A program made the position numbers and the translations under genes. This document shows positions 17,452 to 24,987 of a stretch of 32,000 nucleotides of DNA, one piece after another. The stretch comes from Rhodobacter capsulatus SB 1003 (GTDB lineage Bacteria; Pseudomonadota; Alphaproteobacteria; Rhodobacterales; Rhodobacteraceae): positions 2,760,001-2,792,000 of the forward strand of contig NC_014034.1 of the NCBI RefSeq assembly GCF_000021865.1, written 5' to 3'. Position 1 is the stretch's first letter, and each line of letters begins with the position of its first letter. The notes beneath the pieces were generated by a model, which worked only from the letters and a program-made list of their open reading frames with translations, did no database searches and had not been told where the DNA came from.

Positions 17452-17667
17452 ATGGACTTTCTGATCTGGGCAGGCGCGGCGGTCTCGCTTTTGGGGATGA
17501 TCGGCATCCTTTATTGCGCGGCGCAAGTGGCCAAGGCGAAAAAGGCCGGGCTGGACGATGCGGGCCTGCGCGCGGCGCTGCGCGGCATCGTGGCGATGAA
17601 CCTGGGCGCGCTTTTCGTTTCGGTGATCGGGCTGATGCTGGTCGTGCTGGGCGTGACCTTCAAGTGA
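17452..17667 (+). CDS. Small two-TM membrane protein (71 aa)
   Basis: SD ggagg lies 6 nt before the ATG at 17452. Two hydrophobic helices flank a basic loop (KAKKAG). Confidence 0.6.
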   Translation: MDFLIWAGAAVSLLGMIGILYCAAQVAKAKKAGLDDAGLRAALRGIVAMNLGALFVSVIGLMLVVLGVTFK

Positions 17668-19597
17668 AGCGCTCGGCCAGGGTCTGGCCGTCGCGGATGA
17701 GCGCATCGAGCAGCGCGGGCGGCGGCGGCGCCCCCTCGGCCGTCAGCGCGCGCAGCCGCTTGCGCAGCGCCAGCGCGCCGATCCGGTCGGCCTGAAACAT
17801 CGGCCCGCCGTGCGGCGCGGGAAAGCCAAGCTCCACCCCCGCCATCAGATCGATGTCGCCCGGCCGGAACGCCTCGCCCGTCTCCAGCGCGGTCAGGCCC
17901 GGCAGCGCCAGCTCGGCCAGGATGCGGGCCAGGATCTCGGTCTCGGACAGCGGGCGCGGCACGATCCCGGCCTCGGCGCGCAGCGCGGCCAGCGCCGTTT
18001 CGGCGGCTTCGCCCGTCCCCCCGCCCAGCACCGCCAGCGTCGCCAGAACCGGGCCCGGTTCGCCCCCGGCGGCGATCAGCCGGGGGAAGCTCCGCTCGGC
18101 GCCCAGCCGCGCGGCACGGGCAAAGGGCCCCTCGGCAAAGCCCCAGCGCGTCAGCGCCGCATCGACCGCCTGCGGCGCCGCCCCGGCCAGAACGCAGCGA
18201 TCGGCCGCGCCAAGCCAGGCCGCCTCGACCCGCAAGCCCAGCGCCCGGGCATGGATCACCCGCATCCCGCCCGCGCGCAAGACCGCCGCCAGCCGTGGCA
18301 GATCGGCCCGCCGTTCGGGGGTCGCCGCCCAGATCGCCGCAAGGCGCTGGCTGCGGTCGATGCCCAGCTCGCCCGGGCCGGGTGCCGTGCCCGAAAGCGC
18401 CAGAACCGCCCCCGCAGGCAGGGCCTGCCGCAGCCGGTCGCGCTCTGCGATGCTGGCGGGTTTCGCAATCACCAGATCAGTCGCCCCGAAAGCCTCGGGC
18501 GTGGCCACCGGATCCAGCCGCGCCCAATCGGCGGCGCGGCGGGCGGGATCCAGCTGCCCGGCCGCCACCGCCTGTTCCTGCGCCCGGGCGATCCCGGTCA
18601 GAAGCTGCGCCAGCGCCTCGGGCGCGGTGGTGCCGATCTGCACCGACAGCCCGCGCCGCAACAGCGCCCCCGCCTGCGCCACCGAAGGGTTCCAAAGCGC
18701 CACCCGGGCCACCGGCGCGACCGCCCCGGCCGGCACGGCGGCAAGCGTTTGCGTGGCCGCCCGCGCCCGGGCCAGATGGCGCAGCGCCGCCGCCGTCTCG
18801 CTGCGGGACAAATCGTCATAAGCCACCGCCTCGACATCCAGCGCGGCGGAAAGGGGCAGCAAAAGCGCCGCCTCGGCGACTTCGGCGATGCGGGCGATGG
18901 CGGGCAGATCGGCGCGCGCCGGATGGCGGGCCCGCGCCGCCGCCAGCGCATCAAGCGCCGCGCCCGGGTTCGAGAGCGCGCCCTCGCGCGGGGAAAACGG
19001 CGCCTCCGGGCCCAGCGCCGCGACGCGCAAGGCCTCGGTCAGGGCGGCGGTCTCGATCGTGCCCTCAGAGGCGACGGCATCGCACAGGCCCAGCGTCATC
19101 GCCTGCGCCGGATCCAGCACCCGGCCCGAGAGCAGCACCTCCAGCGCCGCCCCGCCCGCGCGGCGCAGCAGACGCACCGTGCCCCCCGCGGCGGGCAAAA
19201 GGTTCAGCCCCGCCTCGGGGCAGTGAAACCGCGTCGTCGCCAGCGCAAGGCGCAGCCCCGCCGCCTGGCTCAGCGCCAGCGCCCCGCCCGAGATCGTGCC
19301 CGACAGCACCGCCACCACCGGCACCGTCGCCTGCAAAAGCCGCGTGCACAGCGCCGCAAGTGTCGGCTGCTCGGGGCTGTAATCCTCGGCCGGGTCGATG
19401 CCGCAAGGCCAGCCCCCCGGGCCCGCGCGCAGAACGATCGCCTGCAGCCCCGGGGTGGCGAAAGCCTCGGTCAGCGCGGCGTCCAGCGCCCGGCGCAGCG
19501 CCGGATCGAAGCCGCAATCCTTCGGCCCCGCCGCGGCGCCCTCCAGCGTCACCAGCGCCACACCATCCCGCCGCTGCACGCTCACCCGTCTTGCCAT
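17660..19597 (-). CDS. Enoyl-CoA hydratase / 3-hydroxyacyl-CoA dehydrogenase (FadB/FadJ)-like fusion protein with degenerate catalytic motifs (645 aa)
   Basis: The N-terminal crotonase fold (VVAVLSGTISGGALAL...FHCPEAGLNLLPAAGGTVRL) is followed by a region collinear with the HAD domain. SD GGAGGGGG precedes the second ATG (19597). Confidence 0.7.
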   Translation of the reverse strand: MARRVSVQRRDGVALVTLEGAAAGPKDCGFDPALRRALDAALTEAFATPGLQAIVLRAGPGGWPCGIDPAEDYSPEQPTLAALCTRLLQATVPVVAVLSGTISGGALALSQAAGLRLALATTRFHCPEAGLNLLPAAGGTVRLLRRAGGAALEVLLSGRVLDPAQAMTLGLCDAVASEGTIETAALTEALRVAALGPEAPFSPREGALSNPGAALDALAAARARHPARADLPAIARIAEVAEAALLLPLSAALDVEAVAYDDLSRSETAAALRHLARARAATQTLAAVPAGAVAPVARVALWNPSVAQAGALLRRGLSVQIGTTAPEALAQLLTGIARAQEQAVAAGQLDPARRAADWARLDPVATPEAFGATDLVIAKPASIAERDRLRQALPAGAVLALSGTAPGPGELGIDRSQRLAAIWAATPERRADLPRLAAVLRAGGMRVIHARALGLRVEAAWLGAADRCVLAGAAPQAVDAALTRWGFAEGPFARAARLGAERSFPRLIAAGGEPGPVLATLAVLGGGTGEAAETALAALRAEAGIVPRPLSETEILARILAELALPGLTALETGEAFRPGDIDLMAGVELGFPAPHGGPMFQADRIGALALRKRLRALTAEGAPPPPALLDALIRDGQTLAERFT

Positions 19598-19723
19598 GCC
19601 CCCTCCGGTTTTGCCGCAGGTTACGCGCGCGACCCCGGTCACGGCAAGCGCAACCCGGCCCCAAGCCCCGGTCGGAACAGGAAAATCTTCATGACCCCGC
19701 GGGCCTTGGCCGAAGCCGGGGTC

Positions 19724-20047
19724 TCAGTGCCGGGCGGCGTGGTCGCGGCAGAAGGGGGTGGCGGGCAGAAGATCCAGCCGCTCCTCGGCGATCGGCTCGC
19801 CGCAGCTGACGCAATAGCCATATTCGCCGTCGTCCATCCGGGCCAGCGCCGCCTCGATCATCCGCAATTCGGCCCGCGCCGCATCGCCCAGATCCTGCAA
19901 CACCTCGTCCCCTTCACGCTCGGTCGCCATCTCGGCCCAGTCCTTGGCCTCATGCGTCTCGAACTCGTCCGAGATCTGCGCGATCCGCGCCGTCAGCGCC
20001 ACCTTGCGGGACAAAAGCTCCGCCCGCCGGAGATCAAGGGATTTCAT
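19724..20047 (-). CDS. DksA/TraR-family zinc-finger protein (107 aa)
   Basis: Coiled-coil N-terminus and C-terminal GYCVSCGEPIAEERLDLLPATPFCRDH. SD aggagg precedes the ATG at 20047. Confidence 0.8.
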   Translation of the reverse strand: MKSLDLRRAELLSRKVALTARIAQISDEFETHEAKDWAEMATEREGDEVLQDLGDAARAELRMIEAALARMDDGEYGYCVSCGEPIAEERLDLLPATPFCRDHAARH

Positions 20048-20132
20048 CGCATCCTCCTGTCCTGCCCGATCGAAACGCAAAACCCGGAAAAACGCCTTGA
20101 TTCAGGTCAATCGACAGGCCCGGAGACCCGGT

Positions 20133-21389
20133 TCAGAAGCTGGAGCCGATCTTCAGCGGCGGCAGATCGCCCGCCGGATCCTCGCCGCCGAACCCGTCCA
20201 GCGTCAGCCCCATCGGCGGCAGATCGTTGCCGCTGTCGAAACCGCCGAGGCCCCCCAGACCGCCCAGACCGCCCAGATCGCTGCCGCCCTCCAGACCGCC
20301 AAGGCCGCCCAGACCGCCGCCACTGCCGGGCAGCGGATCATAGGCCGGGGAATCGATCCGGTCGAGCGGCGCGCGCGGCCCGCTGGGCGCCGATTTCCCG
20401 GCAAAGGGGCTTGGCCCCGCCTCGAAGGGCGGCGGCACGACGCGGCGCACCTTCGGTTCGGGCGGCGCCATCAGCTCTTCTTCCTCGTGTTCGATCAGCC
20501 GCACCGCGCGCAGGCCGCGATGCTGCCCCAGCCGCGCGGCAGAAAGCTTGCGCCGCCCCACCCCCTCGACCGTCAGATTTTCCAAAGCGTCCGAGGGAAT
20601 CGGAATGTCCATCCCGGCGCGCAGCCGCATCACCGCCGCCAAGGGCAGCGTCACCCGATGCAGCACCGCATCAAGCTGCGCCGAAGCGCCCATGACCGAA
20701 TTTTCCAGCCGATGCGCCCATTCCGCGGCCTCGCGGTCGGGGCTGATCGGCCCTTCGTCGGCAAGCCCCGGCAGACGGCGCAGCGAATGGCCGCGCCCGT
20801 TCACCGGCACCGCCCAGATCAGCTTGCCCTTGCGTTCGAAGCCGACACCAAAGCCGATTTCCAGCTGCCAGAGCCGGTAGCCCATGTCTTCAAGCAACAG
20901 GCCAAGCGGGCGCGGATCATCCAGATAGGAGGCGTAACGGAACCCCCCCGCCCAAATGACGGCCTCGGTCTCGACCAGGCTTTCCTCGATCATCGCCAGC
21001 GTGGTGTCCAGAAAATCGACCACCATCGAGGCGTCGATCCGCGTCGGCTTGCGCGGCGGCGGCGGGCCCTTGCCCAGATTGCCGGTCGTCTGCACCTCGA
21101 TCAGCACCGAAAGCGTCTCGGGCGGCAGGGCGATGATGCCCATGCTTTCCTCGGGCCCCTCGATGATGGCGATCAGCGAAAACGGATCGATCGCCTCGGG
21201 CAGATCGGCCAGCGTCCGGCGCCCCTCGCTCACCTGCAGGACCTGCGCAGGCAGCTGGAACATGTCCTGCGCCACCTTCGAGACCGCCTGCACGATCGCC
21301 CGTTCGGCCGTGACCGGAGAGCCGTCCGCCGCGGGCCTGCCCGCCTCGGCCTTGCGCCGCATCACTGTCTGAAGCCGTTCTTCCGTCAT
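20133..21389 (-). CDS. FliM-like protein with a FliM/FliN (SpoA) C-ring domain and a Gly/Leu-repeat C-terminal tail (418 aa)
   Basis: The middle region resembles FliM (LIAIIEGPEESMGIIALPPETLSVLIEVQTTG...RKPTRIDASMVVDFLDTTL). It has a SpoA-like segment (VTLPLAAVMRLRAGMDIPIP...LTVEGVGRRKLSAARLGQHRGLRAVRLIE). The tail is GGGLGGLGGLEGGSDLGGLGGLGGLGGF plus two DLPP(M/L) motifs. The start at 21389 was chosen as the first ATG downstream of the upstream kinase stop; the SD is weak. Confidence 0.6.
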   Translation of the reverse strand: MTEERLQTVMRRKAEAGRPAADGSPVTAERAIVQAVSKVAQDMFQLPAQVLQVSEGRRTLADLPEAIDPFSLIAIIEGPEESMGIIALPPETLSVLIEVQTTGNLGKGPPPPRKPTRIDASMVVDFLDTTLAMIEESLVETEAVIWAGGFRYASYLDDPRPLGLLLEDMGYRLWQLEIGFGVGFERKGKLIWAVPVNGRGHSLRRLPGLADEGPISPDREAAEWAHRLENSVMGASAQLDAVLHRVTLPLAAVMRLRAGMDIPIPSDALENLTVEGVGRRKLSAARLGQHRGLRAVRLIEHEEEELMAPPEPKVRRVVPPPFEAGPSPFAGKSAPSGPRAPLDRIDSPAYDPLPGSGGGLGGLGGLEGGSDLGGLGGLGGLGGFDSGNDLPPMGLTLDGFGGEDPAGDLPPLKIGSSF

Positions 21390-21472
21390 CCCGTCCCGCC
21401 GTTTCCCTGTGCGTCGACGGATAAGGAATCGCAGATCAAGGTTTACAAAAGGTTGAGATCGGCGCCGGAACT

Positions 21473-24205
21473 TTACACTTTTTCGCGGTCTTTCCCGGGG
21501 CTTGCCCCGCCGCCCGCGGTCGGGCCCGCGCCCTGCCGCCGCAGCGGCAGCGTCACGCGGAAGGCCGCGCCGCCCTGCCCCGGCAGATAGTCGATCGAGC
21601 CGCCAAGATTGGCCATGATCTCGCGGCAGATCGCAAGGCCCAGCCCCGCGCCGCCCGCCTTCGAGGTGTCGGTCAGCCGCGAGAATTTCTCGAAGATCAG
21701 CCCCTGCGCGGCCTTGGGAATCCCCGCGCCATTGTCGCAAAAGTCGATCTGCACCAGCTTGCCGCGCTTTTTCACCTCGATGCGCAGCACGGCGCGTTCG
21801 GCGCCGCAATATTTGCGCGCATTCGAAATCAGGTTGATGAAGACCTGCACCAGCCGGTCGGTATCGGTGAAGACCGGCATGTGTTCGGAGGGAAAATCGC
21901 GGTCATAGCGGAAATCGCGCTCGGGCCGGGTGGACGACGCCGCCTGCACCGCGCGGTCGATCAGGTCATGCAGGTTCGCCACCGAGATGTTCAGCTGCAC
22001 CTTGCGGTTTTCCAGCACCGCAAGATCCAGAAGATCGTCCAGCAGACGGGTCAGGCGGCGGGCCTCTTCGTGAATGATTTCCGCATATTGCGCCCGCAGC
22101 GGCTCGGGCAGCTCGGGCTCCATCAGGATTTCGGAAAAGGCCCGGATCGAGGTCATCGGCGTGCGCAATTCGTGGCTGATCTGGCCAAGGAACGCATCCT
22201 TTTGCACCGAAAGCGCGGTCAGCTTCGCATTCGCTTCCGAGAGCGCGCGGGCGGTGCGGGCCAGTTCCGCCGATTTCGCCTCGAGCTGGGCGGAATATTC
22301 CTTGATCTCGGCCGCTTCGTTCGCCACCGCGAGCAGATCCTGCACCGAGACCGCCGCGCCGCCGGTCAGCTGCGAAATCATCGCATGCGCCGTCGCCGCG
22401 CCGACCGAACCGGCCAGTTGCCGTTCCAGCGCGGCCAGAAAATCCGGCGTCGGATCGGGCAGGAAACCGCGCTTGCCCTGCGCCGCCGCCTGCGCCTGAA
22501 AGAACAGCTGCGCCTCCTCGGCGCCCAGAATGCGCTGCGCCATCGACAGAAGATCCTCGGCCTCGGCCTGGGTGCGCGACCAGCCGCGCGCGCCCGGCCG
22601 CCCCTCGAAGACATTGACAAAGGCGACGCCCTGCAGCCGCTCCACCGGGCCGGGGAAGGACAGGATCGAAAACACCAGGAAAGCCAGGGTGTTGAACAGA
22701 AGGCTCCAGAGCAGCGCATGAAGCAGCGGATCCAGTCCCCGAATGCCGAAAAGCGCCTGCGGCCGCAGCCAGGTCAGGCCAAAGGGCCCCTCGGCCATCA
22801 GCTGCGCCGAAATCAGCCCGCTTTCGCCCACCGAGGGTAGGAAAAGCGCATAAAGCCAGATCGCAAAGCCGATCAGAAGTCCGATCGCCGCGCCCAGATG
22901 CGTCGCCCCGCGCCAGTAGATGCCGCCCAGAAGCGCGGGCAGCACCTGCGCCGCGCCGACAAAGGCGATCAGCCCGATCTCGGCCAGCGCCTCGGTCCCG
23001 CCCGAGAGCTTGTAATAGCCGTAGCCCATCGCCAGCACGAGCCCGATCGAGAGGCGGCGCGACATCAGCACAAGGCCGCGGACATCGCCGCGCTCGGCCG
23101 GTTCGTCGCGGTAGATCGCCAGCCACAAAGGCGTGACGACATGGTTCGACACCATGGTGGAAAGCGCGATGGCGGCGACGATCACCATCGAAGTGGCCGA
23201 GGAAAACCCGCCCAGAAAAGCCAAAAGCGCCAGCGTGCCGCGCCCCTCGGAGAGCGGCAGGGTCAGCACGAAAAGGTCGGGGTTCGTCCCGGCGCCCGGA
23301 TGGCCGAGCCCGACGACGGCGATCGGCACGACAAACAGGCTCATCAGCATCAGATAGGCCGGAAAGGCCCAGCTGGCGGTGCCCAGATGGCGCTCGTCGG
23401 TGTTTTCGACGACCAGCACCTGAAACATCCGCGGCAGCGTCAGCACCGCGGCGGCCGAAACGAAGGTGAGGCCCGCAAAGCGGCCGGGCTTCAGGCTCCA
23501 CTCGGCGATATCCGAGGCGTCGATCCGGGCAAGAATGTCGGAAATCCCCCCCGCGACGCCCCAGACGACCCAGATGCCCACGGCCAGAAGCGCCACCAGT
23601 TTCACGATCGCTTCCAGCGCGATGGCGGTGACGACGCCGTGGTGACGCTCGTTCGCGTCCAGATTGCGGGTGCCGAACAGGATGGTGAAAAGCGCCAGCC
23701 CCCCCGCGATCCAGAGCGCCGTCGCCGATTGGTCGGGCAGCGCCCAGGAGCCGGGCGTCTGCGCCGCAAAGACGCCAAAGGACAGCGTGACCGATTGCAG
23801 CTGCAGCGCGATATAGGGCGTGGCCGAGGCCACCGACATCAGCGTGACGATCACCCCCAGAAGGTTCGACTTGCCGTACCGGTTTGAAATCAGATCGGCA
23901 ATCGAGGTGACGCGCTGGGTCCGGCCGATCCGCACCAGCTTGCGCAAGACCCACCACCAGCCGACGAAGATCAGCGTCGGGCCCAGGTAGATGGTCAGGA
24001 ATTCCAGCCCCGAACGCGCCGCATAGCCCACCGCGCCGTAAAAGGTCCAGGCGGTGCAATAGATCGAGAGCGAGAGCGTGTAGACCCAGGGGCTGTGCAG
24101 GAAGCGCAACCGGCCCCGGGCGGCGCGGCGCTCGGCGACGAAGGCGATCAGGAACAGCACCAGCACATAGACCAGCGAAACGCCGACCAGCACGTCAAAG
24201 GGCAT
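21473..24205 (-). CDS. Sodium:solute symporter (SSF/SLC5)-domain-fused sensor histidine kinase, CbrA/CrbS-like (910 aa)
   Basis: The roughly 560-aa N-terminal polytopic region is SSF-like. It is followed by a coiled coil, the H-box GQISHELRTPMTSIRAFSEIL, N-box NLISNARKY, and G-boxes DNGAGIP and GGAGLGLAICREI. There is no receiver domain. Confidence 0.88.
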   Translation of the reverse strand: MPFDVLVGVSLVYVLVLFLIAFVAERRAARGRLRFLHSPWVYTLSLSIYCTAWTFYGAVGYAARSGLEFLTIYLGPTLIFVGWWWVLRKLVRIGRTQRVTSIADLISNRYGKSNLLGVIVTLMSVASATPYIALQLQSVTLSFGVFAAQTPGSWALPDQSATALWIAGGLALFTILFGTRNLDANERHHGVVTAIALEAIVKLVALLAVGIWVVWGVAGGISDILARIDASDIAEWSLKPGRFAGLTFVSAAAVLTLPRMFQVLVVENTDERHLGTASWAFPAYLMLMSLFVVPIAVVGLGHPGAGTNPDLFVLTLPLSEGRGTLALLAFLGGFSSATSMVIVAAIALSTMVSNHVVTPLWLAIYRDEPAERGDVRGLVLMSRRLSIGLVLAMGYGYYKLSGGTEALAEIGLIAFVGAAQVLPALLGGIYWRGATHLGAAIGLLIGFAIWLYALFLPSVGESGLISAQLMAEGPFGLTWLRPQALFGIRGLDPLLHALLWSLLFNTLAFLVFSILSFPGPVERLQGVAFVNVFEGRPGARGWSRTQAEAEDLLSMAQRILGAEEAQLFFQAQAAAQGKRGFLPDPTPDFLAALERQLAGSVGAATAHAMISQLTGGAAVSVQDLLAVANEAAEIKEYSAQLEAKSAELARTARALSEANAKLTALSVQKDAFLGQISHELRTPMTSIRAFSEILMEPELPEPLRAQYAEIIHEEARRLTRLLDDLLDLAVLENRKVQLNISVANLHDLIDRAVQAASSTRPERDFRYDRDFPSEHMPVFTDTDRLVQVFINLISNARKYCGAERAVLRIEVKKRGKLVQIDFCDNGAGIPKAAQGLIFEKFSRLTDTSKAGGAGLGLAICREIMANLGGSIDYLPGQGGAAFRVTLPLRRQGAGPTAGGGASPGKDREKV

Positions 24206-24208
24206 GGC

Positions 24209-24499
24209 TCAGCCCTCGCCGGTTTCGGGGCGGCTGCCCTCGGCCTCTTCCTCGGCGTCAAGCGCCGGGGCAAGACCACGCGCCAGCGCGGCGGCGGCCA
24301 GGATCAGCCCGACCCAGACCGCAAAAAGATAGATCATGCCGCGCGCGGTATCGGGCACCGGCGTCTCGCCCGGATGCCAGAGCATCGGCAGCAGGATCAG
24401 CACCAGCCCGACCAGCGGCAAAAGCCGGGCCGCATCCATCATCCGGCGGCGCCGATAGGAGCGCCGGGCCAGAAAAAGCGGCGTGCCGGACCCCGGCAT
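24209..24499 (-). CDS. Small two-TM membrane protein (96 aa), coupled between the response regulator and the SSF-kinase
   Basis: Its ATG overlaps the response-regulator stop (ATGA at 24497-24501 on the plus strand as catca). Its stop lies 3 nt before the kinase ATG. There are two hydrophobic helices. The position is analogous to the small subunits often encoded beside SSF transporters. Confidence 0.6.
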   Translation of the reverse strand: MPGSGTPLFLARRSYRRRRMMDAARLLPLVGLVLILLPMLWHPGETPVPDTARGMIYLFAVWVGLILAAAALARGLAPALDAEEEAEGSRPETGEG

Positions 24500-24927
24500 C
24501 AGCCCGCCTTGCCCGATCCTGACAAGGCCGGGCCCGCCAAAGCCGGGTCTGCCAGAACCGGGGCGGCGATCGCTTCAAGCGCGGCCAGCACATCGGCATT
24601 GGCGAAGGGCTTGGCCAGAAAGGCCGAAGCGCCCGCGGCGGCGGCGGCCTCGCGGTCGCGGACCTGCCCGCGCGCGGTCAGCATCAGCACCGGCGTGCGG
24701 CCCAGATCGGCATCGGCGCGCAGCTCGGCCAGAATTTCCAGCCCCGAACAGCCCGGCAGCATCAGATCCAGAATGACCGCCGTCGGCCGCAGCGTCGCGA
24801 TCCGGGCCAGAGCCGCGGCGCCCGAGGCCTCGACGGTCACATTCCAGCCCGCCCGCGTCAGGATGAACCGGATCGCCTCGGCGATGTTCGGCTCGTCCTC
24901 GACCAGCAGCACTTGCTTTTCGGCCAT
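24499..24927 (-). CDS. Single-domain (REC-only, CheY-like) response regulator (142 aa)
   Basis: LLVEDEP (acidic pocket), ILDLMLPG (phospho-acceptor Asp), MLTA (Thr) and LAKPF (Lys). No output domain. SD GGAGGAGG precedes the ATG at 24927. Confidence 0.88.
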   Translation of the reverse strand: MAEKQVLLVEDEPNIAEAIRFILTRAGWNVTVEASGAAALARIATLRPTAVILDLMLPGCSGLEILAELRADADLGRTPVLMLTARGQVRDREAAAAAGASAFLAKPFANADVLAALEAIAAPVLADPALAGPALSGSGKAG

Positions 24928-24987
24928 GATCGTCCTCCTCCCCCGGGCCAATCTATCCACGCTTGGCCCCGCGCTGTCAAACCGCCG

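Noticed and set aside
17810-21590. Plus-strand ORFs of 961 aa (17810..20695), 504 aa (18295..19809) and 548 aa (19944..21590)
   Set aside because: All are antisense or off-frame to the FadB-like, DksA-like and FliM-like genes. They are dominated by Arg/Pro/Ala/Gln and have no SD or recognisable motifs.
21966-24059. 697-aa minus-strand ORF in an alternative frame within the SSF-kinase gene, and the 319/329-aa plus-strand ORFs opposite it
   Set aside because: The 910-aa frame has coherent TM helices and complete H/N/G kinase boxes. The alternative frames are Arg/Gly/Ala-rich with no features.
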